Positions 14,156-26,537 of a stretch of 64,000 nucleotides of DNA are shown piece by piece. Position 1 is the stretch's first letter. Every line of letters begins with the position of its first letter. A program made the translations under genes and the position numbers. The notes beneath the pieces are model-generated. The model saw nothing but the letters and a program-made list of their open reading frames with translations, did no database searches and was not told the DNA's origin. The DNA comes from Auanema rhodensis (lineage: Eukaryota; Animalia; Nematoda). Location: positions 14,942,001-15,006,000 of the forward strand of contig OZ059895.1 of the NCBI GenBank assembly GCA_964057225.1, written 5' to 3'.

Positions 14156-15007
14156 CAGACAAATGGCTAAAAAGCGATCTGAGTGTTTTCTCTCTCTGGA
14201 TTAAGTTTGAATACAAACAGTCCTTGGTGCTTAGTATTGTAATATAAGCATGTTGATGTTAAATTATAATTGTAAAAAATAATTTTTTTTATGTGTAAAT
14301 AATATGCTTTTATATACAAATATGGGTTAAATATCAACGAGGTTCTCCGGAAACGTATTGTTTTTAAATGAAGCATATAATGAATACAACATTAATAGGA
14401 AAAACAACATAATCGCTTTTTTTCAATTTATTTAATAAATGGAAATAATTTTTATATACTTACATGTTCTAACCTAACTGTGGCATTATTCATCAAGTTG
14501 AAATGATCAAATCAAGTTGATTTGAATTTCTTTAGATTCGTTAATAAAAAAACTTTTAATTTTTAATATGTACAGTCCTGTGCGATGAAGGTTGTACACC
14601 CACTAGAAACCGTAATTCTAATAAATAAACTTATTTAAAATTAATATTAAAATTATTCTTTTCTTTCTTTTTTTAAATATATTACAAAATAGAAATCATA
14701 ATTTGCCTAAAATATGAATAATTTCCAAAATAATTATATATTAAACTTGTAAGTCATGCTGAAACTATAAAAGCTTGCATGTAAAATAGCAAAAAATTTA
14801 AATATTTAAATAATACGTAAATTGAGCGGGAAAATTTTATTTTTACTTCAACATTTATGTTGAGTGGCTGGTTTTTTCTGCAGCTGTAACATAATCAGCG
14901 ATATGTTTGTGAAAATGTTCCAAATTTTTGATAAAATCCTTTCATCACTTCACCAATTCTTTAAATAAACTTCGAAGCTTCAGATTTCATCTCAGTGTCA
15001 TCATCAA

Positions 15008-15897
15008 ATGTGTACATCTCTAGTTTCTGAAAATTTTGATCTTTATGTTTTATCACAAGAGTTGATATATCTGGCTTTTTTTATTATTTCTTTGTTGACT
15101 ATATATATAGTGATTAATTATTCTTCATCTCCGATGGTTCCGTATAAGTACATTTTACTGCTACACCTCATATGGTTAAATATATAGTGCTTATTAATTT
15201 TAATTATATATTTATAGTTTTACTTTTCAAGAATTTTTTGTCAATATATGGTTATCCTTAATATCTTATCCCGAAATTTGGGGTATTCGTCAGTTGGGTT
15301 TATCATCTAAATTGGGAATACCTATTCAATACGCTTCATATGTTACAGCATTTTTCGTGTCGGGTGAGGATTATTGGCTAATCTGAGCTATGTAAAACAT
15401 AGAATCATTCAAATTTTTAGAAGTTATTTTATCGAACACGAGCGATTTTTTAATTTTTTTTTAAAACAGATGGTGTCATATTTGTAAAATATAAGGTGAA
15501 AAATTTAATTTGTGTCTCTTATATCTTTACAAGCCTCCTGATCACAGGAATCTGCATTTGCTTATTCATGGCCTGTCTACATGCTCTGAGATCGCCTACC
15601 TTTTCTCTATCTGAGCTGACTCGGAACCTTCACTTCAGGTTATCTGCAGAAATTTATTTTGAAGGGGATGATACCTATGTTCATGATGGTGCCTGTATAT
15701 AGTCATGTTCGCTAAGTCATTCGATAGATTTCCAGCTGTGTGAATTATTAAGGAAATTATTTTAGTTATTATCATAGTGGGATCCAAAAATTATTTGGAC
15801 CTTTGAGTATACAAACTTTCATAAAAGATTAAATTTTCTCTTAGGAATAAAACATCCATGAAAGAAAGAAATAATAAAAAAAGTACACAAAAATAAT
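15008..15897 (+). pseudogene. Srh-like chemoreceptor pseudogene (left palindrome arm)
   Basis: Starts MCTSLVSENFDLY like the minus-strand gene but lacks most of exon 3 and has several other deletions and stop codons after 15425. Confidence 0.85.
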
Positions 15898-16587
15898 AAA
15901 TAAAGCATAGTTTGATACTTTAAATTTAATAAATATATGTTGTGTTTCAATGAATAAGTCTGCTCAAATGATAATGCTCTTAATATGAAATCCTGTAGAA
16001 GCTTAAATAATGAATATTGAATTTACATATAAAAAGACTTTGGAAGAAATTAATACATACTCACAATTGAATGCTATCTGTAGGAACTTCATGGTGTAAA
16101 AGGAGATAAAAAAAGTGTCTTGTCTCAACTGCATAACATATGATTCGAAGTACAACAAGCAAGTCCTTACAATAAAAAACGTGTAGCGTGCTGTTGATCA
16201 CATTAATTTGTTTTGTTTAAATCATATAAAAGCATAGTTTTTGTGGTTTTCGTACGGGTCATTCAAGATTAATTGTCAACCGTCTGAATTCAGGCATATT
16301 TGGCATAGTATTATATACAGTTGAGACAATACACTTCATTTATCTCTTACAAAACATGTTAGTCTTTTTCTGAATATAATCCTTTAACACCATGAAGTTC
16401 CTACAGATAGCATTCAATTGTGAGTATGTATTAATTTCTTCCAAAGTCTTTTTATATGTAAATTCAATATTCATTATTTAAGCTTCTACAGGATTTCATA
16501 TTAAGAGCATTATCATTTGAGCAGACTTATTCATTGAAACACAACATATATTTATTAAATTTAAAATATCAAACTATGCTTTATTTA

Positions 16588-17909
16588 TTATTTTTGTGTA
16601 CTTTTTTTATTATTTCTTTCTTTCAACATGCTAGACTGAGCAATAGATGGACTAATACTACTTGGGACTTTAGTCGGATGTTTTATTCCTAAAAGAAAAT
16701 TAACATAAAATCTTTTATGAAAGTTTGTACACTACTCAAAGGTCCAAATACTTTTTGTATCCATTTTAATAGAATTCTCCTGTAATCTGTATGTCCTAAG
16801 AGTAAAATAGCAGCGTTAACTATTCCATGAAATGAAAAGACTAACGATGCCATCAGAACAATAACTAAAATAATTTCCTTGATAGTAATTAACACAGCTG
16901 AAAATCTACCTCTTGATTCAACAAATAAAAAAATGTACATAGGTACCATCATCATAAACATTGGTACCATCGCCTTTAAAATAAATTTTAATTCAGATTT
17001 AGATTTTCTGTAGATAACCTGAACTGCTAAAGTCCTTAAAAGGGATTTTTGAAGGTTCCGAGTCCTCTCAGATAAAGAAGAGTTCGGTGAATTGAGGACT
17101 TGTTTGCATGTTGCAAACAGTACGATGCAATTGACAATGATTACAGCGTTAGCAAAAACATAAGAGACACAAACAAAATTTTTATCCTTATATTTTACTA
17201 GTATGACATCATCTGTTCTTAAAATTAGATCGTAGCTATCACGACATATATTATTAGCCTGAAATATATAGGAATTAGAGATGTAAAAATTCCATAATGA
17301 ACTTCTAATTGACTATATTTGAACTGAAAATCGGTTGAAAGATATAAATACATATAAAAGAACAAAGGAATCCATAAATTATAACAGATAAGCACTAAGA
17401 ATGTATTTACACGATTACTCAGATATAATGGATGACTATATGGTAATATTGCTCGTGTTCGATAAAAGATCATATGTATATAAATTCCTCCAACTTCTAA
17501 AAATTTGAATGATTCTAAGTTTTACATAGCTCACATTAGCCAATAATCCTCACCCGACACGAAAAATGCTGTAACATATGAAGCGTATTGAATAGGTATT
17601 CCCAATTTAGATGATAAACCCAACTGACGAATACCCCAAATTTCAGGATAAGATATTAAGGATAACCATACATTGACAAAAAATTCTTGAAAAGTAAAAC
17701 TATAAATATATAATTAAAATTAATAAGCACTATATATTTAACCATATGAGGTGTAGCAGTAAAATGTACTTATACGGAACCATCGGAGATGAAGAATAAT
17801 TAATCACTATATATATAGTCAACAAAGAAATAATAAAAAAAGCCAGATATATCAACTCTTGTGATAAAACATAAAGATCAAAATTTTCAGAAACTAGAGA
17901 TGTACACAT
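16588..17909 (-). CDS. Serpentine chemoreceptor, Srh-like 7TM GPCR, multi-exon; paralog of the gene at 12308
   Basis: MCTSLVSENFDLYVLSQELI...LHLIW, YRTRAILPYSHPLY, SERTRNLQKSLLRTLAVQ, HGIVNAAILLLGHTDYRR. Same exon layout as the 12308 gene; the last exon is inferred. Confidence 0.82.
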
Positions 17910-18673
17910 TTGATGATGACACTGAGCTGAAATCTGAAGCTTCGAAGTTTATTTAAAGAATTGGTGAAGTGATGAAAGGATTTTATCAAAAATTTGGAAC
18001 ATTTTCACAAACATATCGCTGATTATGTTACAGCTGCAGAAAAAACCAGCCACTCAACATAAATGTTGAAGTAAAAATAAAATTTTCCCGCTCAATTTAC
18101 GTATTATTTAAATATTTAAATTTTTTGCTATTTTACATGCAAGCTTTTATAGTTTCAGCATGACTTACAAGTTTAATATATAATTATTTTGGAAATTATT
18201 CATATTTTAGGCAAATTATGATTTCTATTTTGTAATATATTTAAAAAAAGAAAGAAAAGAATAAAAACGGTACAGCATCTGTATCTACATACTTCTTAGA
18301 ATTATAGGAAAACATGGTGAAGGAATCAGATACTGCTAACGTCAATCTATTTCAATGTATAAAAGCTGAATACATAAGCAGATTCCTAAGAATAATGTTA
18401 CAACTTGTTTTGGTATTTTTGTCAATTCAAAAATTGCAGAAGATTCTGTTTGAAATATAAATAACAGTTATAAATATTTTTATAAATGGCGTTGATAAAC
18501 AATACGAATTCAATTAAATGTTTAACTTTAAAATTATATATTACAGTAAAATTACAAAATCGTACTGGCAAAATGATAGTGAGTGGAAAATCTATCGAAT
18601 AGTTCAAAACACGAGGAGATAAATTCTAGAAAGCAATCTACAAGCAATCTATATACGTTTGTCTCCTGACAAG

Positions 18674-21600
18674 TTAGAGCTCTTCAGACTCAATGAAACC
18701 ATTCGTGTATACTCGGAGCATGAAATCAGCCTCCTCATTGGGTTCAAAAGTGGATGGAACAATAACATAGTTACCAGGTGGAACACGGAACCTTCCAGTC
18801 ATCTTAAAGTTCATAGTAATAAAACCGTACACTTATGAACTTACTTCTCGGAGATTGATGAAAGCAGAACTTCTCATGGCAGACTTGTTACCCTGGAAGA
18901 ATTGCTTTGGAAGACGACCTCGTTGACCACCAGCCTAAAACGAAAGCATTACGAAGCAGTAATGTGCTGATGATTATGAGGGCATGGATAACAACCACAC
19001 ACAAACATCATTGTATAATAAAAGTGAGTTAGTTCAAGCTAAATAACAAAAATAAAGCAAATGCATGTTATATATAACTAGCTAAATCAGCAAAGCTAAT
19101 CTAGTTTACCGCATTTTAGAAGATAGTAATTAATGCTTACATTGATCTGTAATAGTATATTGAATATATATTAAAATATGTTCTAATAAATTAAAAATTA
19201 TAGAGAACATAGTTGCAAAAAAAAATAAAACTGAATATAAAGTCTTACATCATATACTGCGAATCCAATTGGCACATTGTCCAATCCTTCTGCTTTAAGA
19301 TTACGTCTAAAGATGTTGTAGGTGAGAAAAGAAAAGCATCAGAATTGAAAACCTATATTTCTGCATAACAGCGAAAATAACGGTACACAAATCGTCGTCA
19401 TCATCTGGATCAGAATCAGTAAGCTGGACGCGGAATTGAGGATTGTTGGCAAATGTGTCTGAAATTTTCATTTCTTATAAGCTTACTATTGGCAAACATA
19501 CTTATGTAATTACGACATCCTCCAGCAGTCTGGTTTGCAACCCAAGCACCATCGTGTGTATTGGTAGCCCAGACTTGTCCAGCAGAACGTACTCCTGTCA
19601 TCTGTAATGACAATGTTGTGTGAGCATGAAGCATACAAGTAGTCGTAGTACCTGATAGACTTCATCCATAACGTCAGGTCCCAAATTACAAATTTCCATT
19701 TTCTCGAAATGGCGAACAAAGTCTTCGTAGCTCATCCAGAATTCTCCATCGTGATCAAATCGAAGACCCATGTCCTTCTTGACACTGTCATCAATAGATT
19801 TCCATTCACGGGATCCATCAGACCAAGCACCATTCCATTCCTTTAAACAAATCATAACAATAGAAACTTCTGACTATTTCTTACTTGCTCGTTACCCCAA
19901 GGGTTGCGAATACGTAAGATGCAAACTTGTCCTTCTGGACCGTCAACAAGTCTCATACCAGTAATAGAATAAGCATGTCCCTATAATACTATTCTTTGTT
20001 AATAGTTTTCAAAACGAAGAACATACTCGTACAAGACCATTAGGTAGCTTAGCTTCCCACATGTTTGGATCAGCTTCAATGGAGCAACCAAAGAGAGATC
20101 CCATTTCGAATCTTAAAAAAAATAAAAAATGTATGTAAACATATAATCAATTATTTACCCTCTCATCATCATTTGCATCAGATTACGTGGTGGTTGTTTC
20201 AAATCAATAAACTCAGTCAAACCTCCGGTCATATCCTCTAAAGCTTCAGAAGTAGTACCTCCCTTTAATGCTTCGTAAGAACCGTGAAGCCTAAAATAGG
20301 AAATAATACCACATTCATGTCGCAAAACTCATTAGATTAATCAGATCTTTAAAAACTTACTTAGCGTAAGCTTTCTCGAGTAAAGCACTCCAGAATTCAT
20401 TGTTGGAAGCTGAGTGCATGTAGACCAATTCACCATTGGATGTTGGCAAACGATCATCAATTACAACATCAACCCATTTTCCGTATTGCCAGAATTGGAA
20501 ATGGAAAATTCCTGAAATAGTTATTCAATTAGTTGATACAAAAAAAGCATCTGAATCATACCAGCGTAGTTTTCAGTGAAAGATTGATCAGGAGGAACAA
20601 CACGATAGAAAAGTTCATCCTTCAAAGTAAGATTGGCAGCAGCAGCCAAAAGCCAGCAGTCTCCCAATTCTCCCTTTAAAATTCAAATAATTAGGAAACT
20701 TTAATTCATTAATACAATACCTGAATGACATCAAAACGAGATTGTCCTTCACAAATCAACTGTGGTTCAGACACAATTTCCTGAAATATATCATATGCAA
20801 AACGATATAATACGGTTTTCTCTTTATTTACAACAGAATGCAAACGATCTGTGAGCAACGTAATTTCAAAATTAAAATCAACTTCAATGATGAAATGAAA
20901 ATGACAAACTTACTCCTGGACGACGCCATTCAATGCGTTTTGGTGGACTCTTTGAAAAGTACAAAGAACTATCATCAGCTCCAAAGTATGGATCTTCGAA
21001 TAATCTCTTCTCCTATATCAATTAAATCAATTAAAATACTTTGAGTCACATATAACATACAGCAAGACACTTGTCTCTTTCTTCGTAGAAGTCGATTGGA
21101 TCATGGGCCTTTCCTGGAGAAAGTGGACTTGGTCCCCCACCTCCACGGCTAGGATCTGGGCGAACAAATGGATCAACCTACAAGTTTCGAAATAGGTTTT
21201 CTATATAAAAATAAAGCATACATCTCTGTGGAATTTTCCGGAAATAATGTTATCAAGAACAATTTTACCGATGTTGCCAAGAGAGTTATCTTTTCCTCCC
21301 AGTCCCATGATAACGTTACCAGCAACTGCACCTGAAGACGGAAGCAAAATTAAAATCAAGTCATTGACCGATGACTAACCAATAATACGTCCGGTGCTAG
21401 GGTCAACACCCAAGAAACGATGAGCAGCTTCACCAATGAGGTTTCCAAGCATATTAGCCATACCTCCATTAAGGCGATTAGGATTGATATTTCCTCCTAA
21501 AATTTATTTTGCTTACAAAACGAGAAAAGATAAAAAGTATTACCTCCACCGCCATACTGTCCACCACCGCCTCCGCCAATAAGACTTCCAATACCTCCGA

Positions 21601-22919
21601 GGATAGATCCAAAATCAGGACCTCCTCCTCCACCTCCGCGGCCTCCACCGCCATTAAGCAAGCCTCCGATGTCGAAGCCTCCGCCTCCACCTCCACGGTT
21701 GCCTCCTGAAATAAGTTGAAGATAAGATATTGAAATAGAACGAACCTCCACCGCCGCCGCCACCTCCGCCGATCAATCCTCCGATAATATTTCCAAAATC
21801 AGGACCTTAACAGAAGATAATCATTTAGAACAGAGTAACCACAAAAAATCGCTACGAAAAGATAGTTTGTGTATTTAATTTGTATGTGTATGTGTATGTG
21901 AAGTAAGAGAAGGCAAAGGGAAAAGGCGGTATGTCTGTACAACCTTTAGTACGATAAAGCAGCAGATGATTTGAAAGGCGCACAGCAGTAAAGACACATA
22001 AGGCACTAACTATATGATATTTCAACACAAAAACACGCATTTGTCACAACTACAACAAGAAATACTTCGCGTAACGTAACTCCAGTGTTGCTGCCCAATA
22101 GATTTGTTTCAATATGAATGGTTACCTCCAGATGGATTAGGATTATGACTATTTCCTCTATTATCGTCAGAATCTCGTCCTTTTCGATTTACAAGTGCTC
22201 CGATCAGATCGTTTGCTGCTCCACTAGAAATCAAACCGCCAATAAGATCCATAGCTTGATCTCGCTTTCTTCGTGGTTCTGATGGAGACGGACCTTGTCC
22301 TCCTCCTCCTCCTCCAAAGTTATTAAAGCCACCTGAACCATAGCTAAGCAACAGTGAAAACCAACTACAAAGCATGCAAGAAATAACAACAAAGGTAAAT
22401 TGTGATAAAAAATCATCTTAATGAGTCTATATCGTTGACTTACTGGAAACTAAAAGCTGCATTTGCGGCATGATATAAGCTATAGCCTAAGGGCAATCAA
22501 AAGCAAAAAATAACTAGCTAATTCAGTTGTGCACGAAACAAAAAAGAAAATATGCTAAAGCTTTCAAAATAAGTACAAAAGTTCCATTCCCAGAAAAAAA
22601 TGTAATCTTACCTCCACCGTGTCCTCCTCCTCCTCCTCCGAAGCCACCGCCGCCACCGCCGAAGCCTCCGCCGCCTCCGCTGCCTCCTCCACCTAAGAAG
22701 TTTCCAGCTAGACCGGCGAGAATATCGCCACCTGGTCCACCGACCTTATCACGGAGAAGGTTACCGGCGAGATTCCCGATAAGTCCACTGAACTCATCAG
22801 GGTTCACTTTCACCTGAAAGACGAACATGGATAATGCAGCATAGTAGAAACCTTTCAAGTAATAAATATCAAAGGTAAATGTTAAATACCTGTTGCATAA
22901 CTTCTTCTTCGTCTCCCAT
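18674..22919 (-). CDS. clp-1: Calpain CLP-1 (Gly-rich N-terminus, CysPc catalytic domain, domain III), multi-exon with alternative exons
   Basis: [27 protein letters not shown] with Gly-rich repeats. Catalytic motifs [26 protein letters not shown]. End ...[29 protein letters not shown] possible upstream exon would extend the gene to 25590. Confidence 0.93.
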
Positions 22920-25302
22920 GTTTGCTTGTTGATTCTCCTGCTCGGTCACCTTCTTTTGGTATGGAGCTTGTTCCGGAGAAACGGCACGGTCAGCGTCTAA
23001 AACAATTCAAATAAAAATGAAAAAGGAAACTGCAAAAACACATAATAACAGTAAAGCTGCTACATATTATGTATATTCAAAAAACAATGTTTTCAGTTGT
23101 ATGAACTGGAATATGCAGCAGAAGTAACCGATTATTTCATGAAAAATGTTGAAAAATGTGATTTGAAGTATGATTCACGTTGCGCGTGAACGAAAATTAG
23201 TACATTATGCTAATCAATAAATAATAATATTTACAATCTAGTTTTAGAAAATCACAGCAAACATAGGATATGCATAGATGATACATGTGAAATAAGTAAG
23301 AAATGTTTTCTTAAAAGGGAAAAGGAAAAGGAAGTTGATTTACATGGGTTACTCAATTATCCTGATGAAAGACAGACAGAGAAAAAGCAATTGAAAGCAA
23401 AAAAAGAATAATAGAAATGAAGGAAGAAAGAGTTGTCTTTGAAAATAGACGATCTCGACATCACACATACACATATGTATGTATTAAATGTGAAAAAACA
23501 TAAGCAAAACAATGAGAAACTAGTTGGTCGATCAAAAAAGAAATTACAGCCTAAGGCCTAATTGTATTTTTTTTCTGAATTGATACAAAAAATAACAGTA
23601 AATAAAGAGTTATTGATAAAGTGATAGTTTAATTAAAGTAAAAGGAGTGCCAAAAATTAATTCGAAACATAGAAAACTAGTGTTCTCAAGAATTTGCAGA
23701 GAAAGAGAGTAAGAGAGAAGAAGAAGGGAATTGAATGAAGAAAAATAACAAAAGTTTGTGACTTGAAGAGATGATTGTTAGTTAGAAGGGTGAGTTTCCA
23801 AATACAAAAATGTAGACAAGTGATTCGATTTTGAATTGAATATATCATACTAGGAATTACTGAAGAAAAACAAAGTACAAAGCGAAGAGAATATATGAAT
23901 TTCACAATAGTTAGGAAGACAGAACCATTGCTAATCAGAGAATGGGAGAAAAATGAGGAAATGTGGCTGAAAGATGCTTATAAGCATGAATACAAGACTA
24001 AGGTGTTGTTATAGTTGTATACTCACTGATTGGTCAACATGTTGAGATAAGGCAATTGAGCTGATAGACAAGAAATTTGAGTCGTCGGTTTCGAAAGAGA
24101 AGATGGGGCAGAACCAACTCAGAAGAAAATGGATGATTTCGTCATTTTGCAGGCTAAACAAAAATTGTTGTGAGTAAGCAGCATGGAGTACTAGGATGCA
24201 CAACATCACAACATAGAAGGACAGACCAAATTTCGCAACTTTTAATGTTGCTGAGGACAAACTTATATCTAACTATCAGGAAATTGCCGCTTGGAGCTCA
24301 GTTAATTGATGTATGAAATCATGAATGCGGAAAATATGTTGATCGGATATTATGAAATACATGTAGAAACATTGTTGAAAAGTTCTTTTGCCAATTCTCG
24401 TATTCTCTCTATCGTTGAGAATCTGTGGCTGTCTCTCTCTCTCTTTCTCTCTCTCTCTCTCCATATCTCTCTCTATCTCTTTCTCTCTCTTCATTCAAAT
24501 ATCTTTTTTCTTGCAATATACGTTGTTTTTTACGATGCATGGCTTTGCCTGGTAATCGATTGGAGCCATGGGGCAAGTAGACAAACATAACACAATGAAA
24601 TACATATTTTCTTATATCTATATGTATAGAATCAGTAGAATCAGAAGTCGAACAAGATGAAGAAGAAGAAGAAGAAGAAGAAGTAGATGTAGTTGACAAA
24701 AGAGAAAGAAATCCTGTATTATCAATCATTTTGCGGATTCGTTACACTAAATTAGTTAGTTTTTAGAAAGATAAATAACGAGACTTAAGAGAATTCAGTG
24801 AAAGGAACAACATGAGCTTTCAACTTCGTCGCATGGAACATGCTCACTAGTTCCAGCACATGACACTAACTGTTGTGTATGTGTATATGGGAAAAACAGT
24901 GAAACTTCCTCAATGAGCATTGAATGAGCAACAAATGAGGAAACTGCTCTGTTCAGCTCGTTGTTGCCAGAAGTTATTTAAAGGCGAATAAAGCAGAAAA
25001 GGTCTCCTCCGCAAAAACAAAAATATGATGATTGATTGGTGTTTGAAACGAAACTAACAGCCTAAAGGAGGAAGAAGAATGAATTCAATTCAGAATATAC
25101 AATAGTTGACATTTGAAACATGAATATATATGAAATACATGTTAGGAAGAAGAGTTAGTGAAGAAAAGAAAGAAGAAAATGGTGTTTTCAATATCCATAC
25201 ATAAACTCCGTTACAGAAAAAATGCCAATAAAACGCAAATATATGTACAAATACACATGCGTTTGGCATAAAGGTACTTGGCATGTAAAGATACATAAAG
25301 AG

Positions 25303-25306
<4 letters not shown>

Positions 25307-25356
<50 letters not shown>
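25307..25356. repeat. (GA)n microsatellite
   Basis: Read directly. Similar GA/CT tracts at ~24431-24490, 25982-26018, 26492-26529, 47601-47656, 53320-53354, 54415-54454, 59370-59389 and 62065-62084. Confidence 0.95.
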
Positions 25357-25360
<4 letters not shown>

Positions 25361-25978
25361 AATTAAAGAAAGAGAAAATACAGGAAACAATTTGAAAACT
25401 GTCATGAAAACGCGGTGTGACTGAAGAAACGTGTGGAAAACTAAATAAACTTCAAACGATAACTTTTGTGCTCATGCTCTTTATCAATTATGAGACGATT
25501 CACTCAACTGATAATCAAAATAATTTTATTCAGAATATAAAAATAAAATAGAAGTTACTTACCCATCATACAGCATTGAAATAAGCTCATTATGATGATA
25601 TGAGAAATATACAAATAGTGCCAGCAGCTGAGTTCTAATTTAGATTTGAGCGATTCTTGCTAGCCCAACTGGCTCGTCGTGATGATGCCGCGTTGCTTTG
25701 CTTGTTTCTGCGATCGTTATGTCTTTCTCAGACTCAATTTCCCCAAAAAGGCAGTTAGGCGATCTCGCTGGTCAGCTATCTAGTAGACCGCTTGCCAGGG
25801 CAACGAAAAAAAGAAAGAGGACAAGGATCAGACGTAAGCTGGGGTCTCACCCGGCAGCTTTTAACCAAAATTGCCCTCAAGCTGTTTGTCTGACACTGGG
25901 TGGAGAACAGAGACACACAGCTGAGTGGCCAGTTGTTGGATGGACAGATACAACAAAACCCTCGTATATAGAATAAGG

Positions 25979-26022
<44 letters not shown>

Positions 26023-26461
26023 GGAATAAGAATGTGAGGGAGATAATTTAAAATAGTTATATATGGTGCATTAATGGCATCGAAAACATCTCATAGGCTA
26101 GACAAAATACATTAAGATCTGATAGAATATTGCCAAGATTCAAAGAGACACAATTGACGACAAAAACAATCCTAACTTTGTACAACTAAACCAATCAGAT
26201 GATCATTTATCTGTTTTACTTTTCGAATTTTAATCTCGGACTTCTAGGCCAGGTGACATCTTTCGCGAGAAAATGTTTGAGGCAAGGAGCAAATCCAATT
26301 GTTTTTTGGAGGAATATTTCAAAGGATGGCTCAATAAACTGAGTTATTTATAGAAAATACATTGCTGTACTTCGTTTTTGATGCGAAAAAAACGGTAAAG
26401 AAGAGGTTAAACCATTATTGAAGTTTGTCTCGTTGATAATGTTCACAGAAAAGTGCAGACA

Positions 26462-26537
<76 letters not shown>

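Larger units (their letters stand above)
14653..18264. repeat. Large inverted duplication: left arm ~14653-16134, right arm ~16315-18264, ~180-bp spacer
   Basis: 14653-15424 is the near-identical reverse complement of ~17492-18264, and ~15860-16103 matches ~16380-16625. The middle is homologous but diverged and carries deletions. Confidence 0.95.

Noticed and set aside
14571-14610. TA-CAGTCCTG Tc1/mariner-like end next to the palindrome breakpoint
   Set aside because: No matching inverted end or transposase found in the window.
22527-22817. Pro-rich plus-strand ORF
   Set aside because: Antisense shadow of the Gly-rich clp-1 exon.
25845-25916. Possible pre-miRNA hairpin (tctcacccgg...ctgggtggaga)
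   Set aside because: Large asymmetric bulge and no match to the conserved miRNA seeds I recall.
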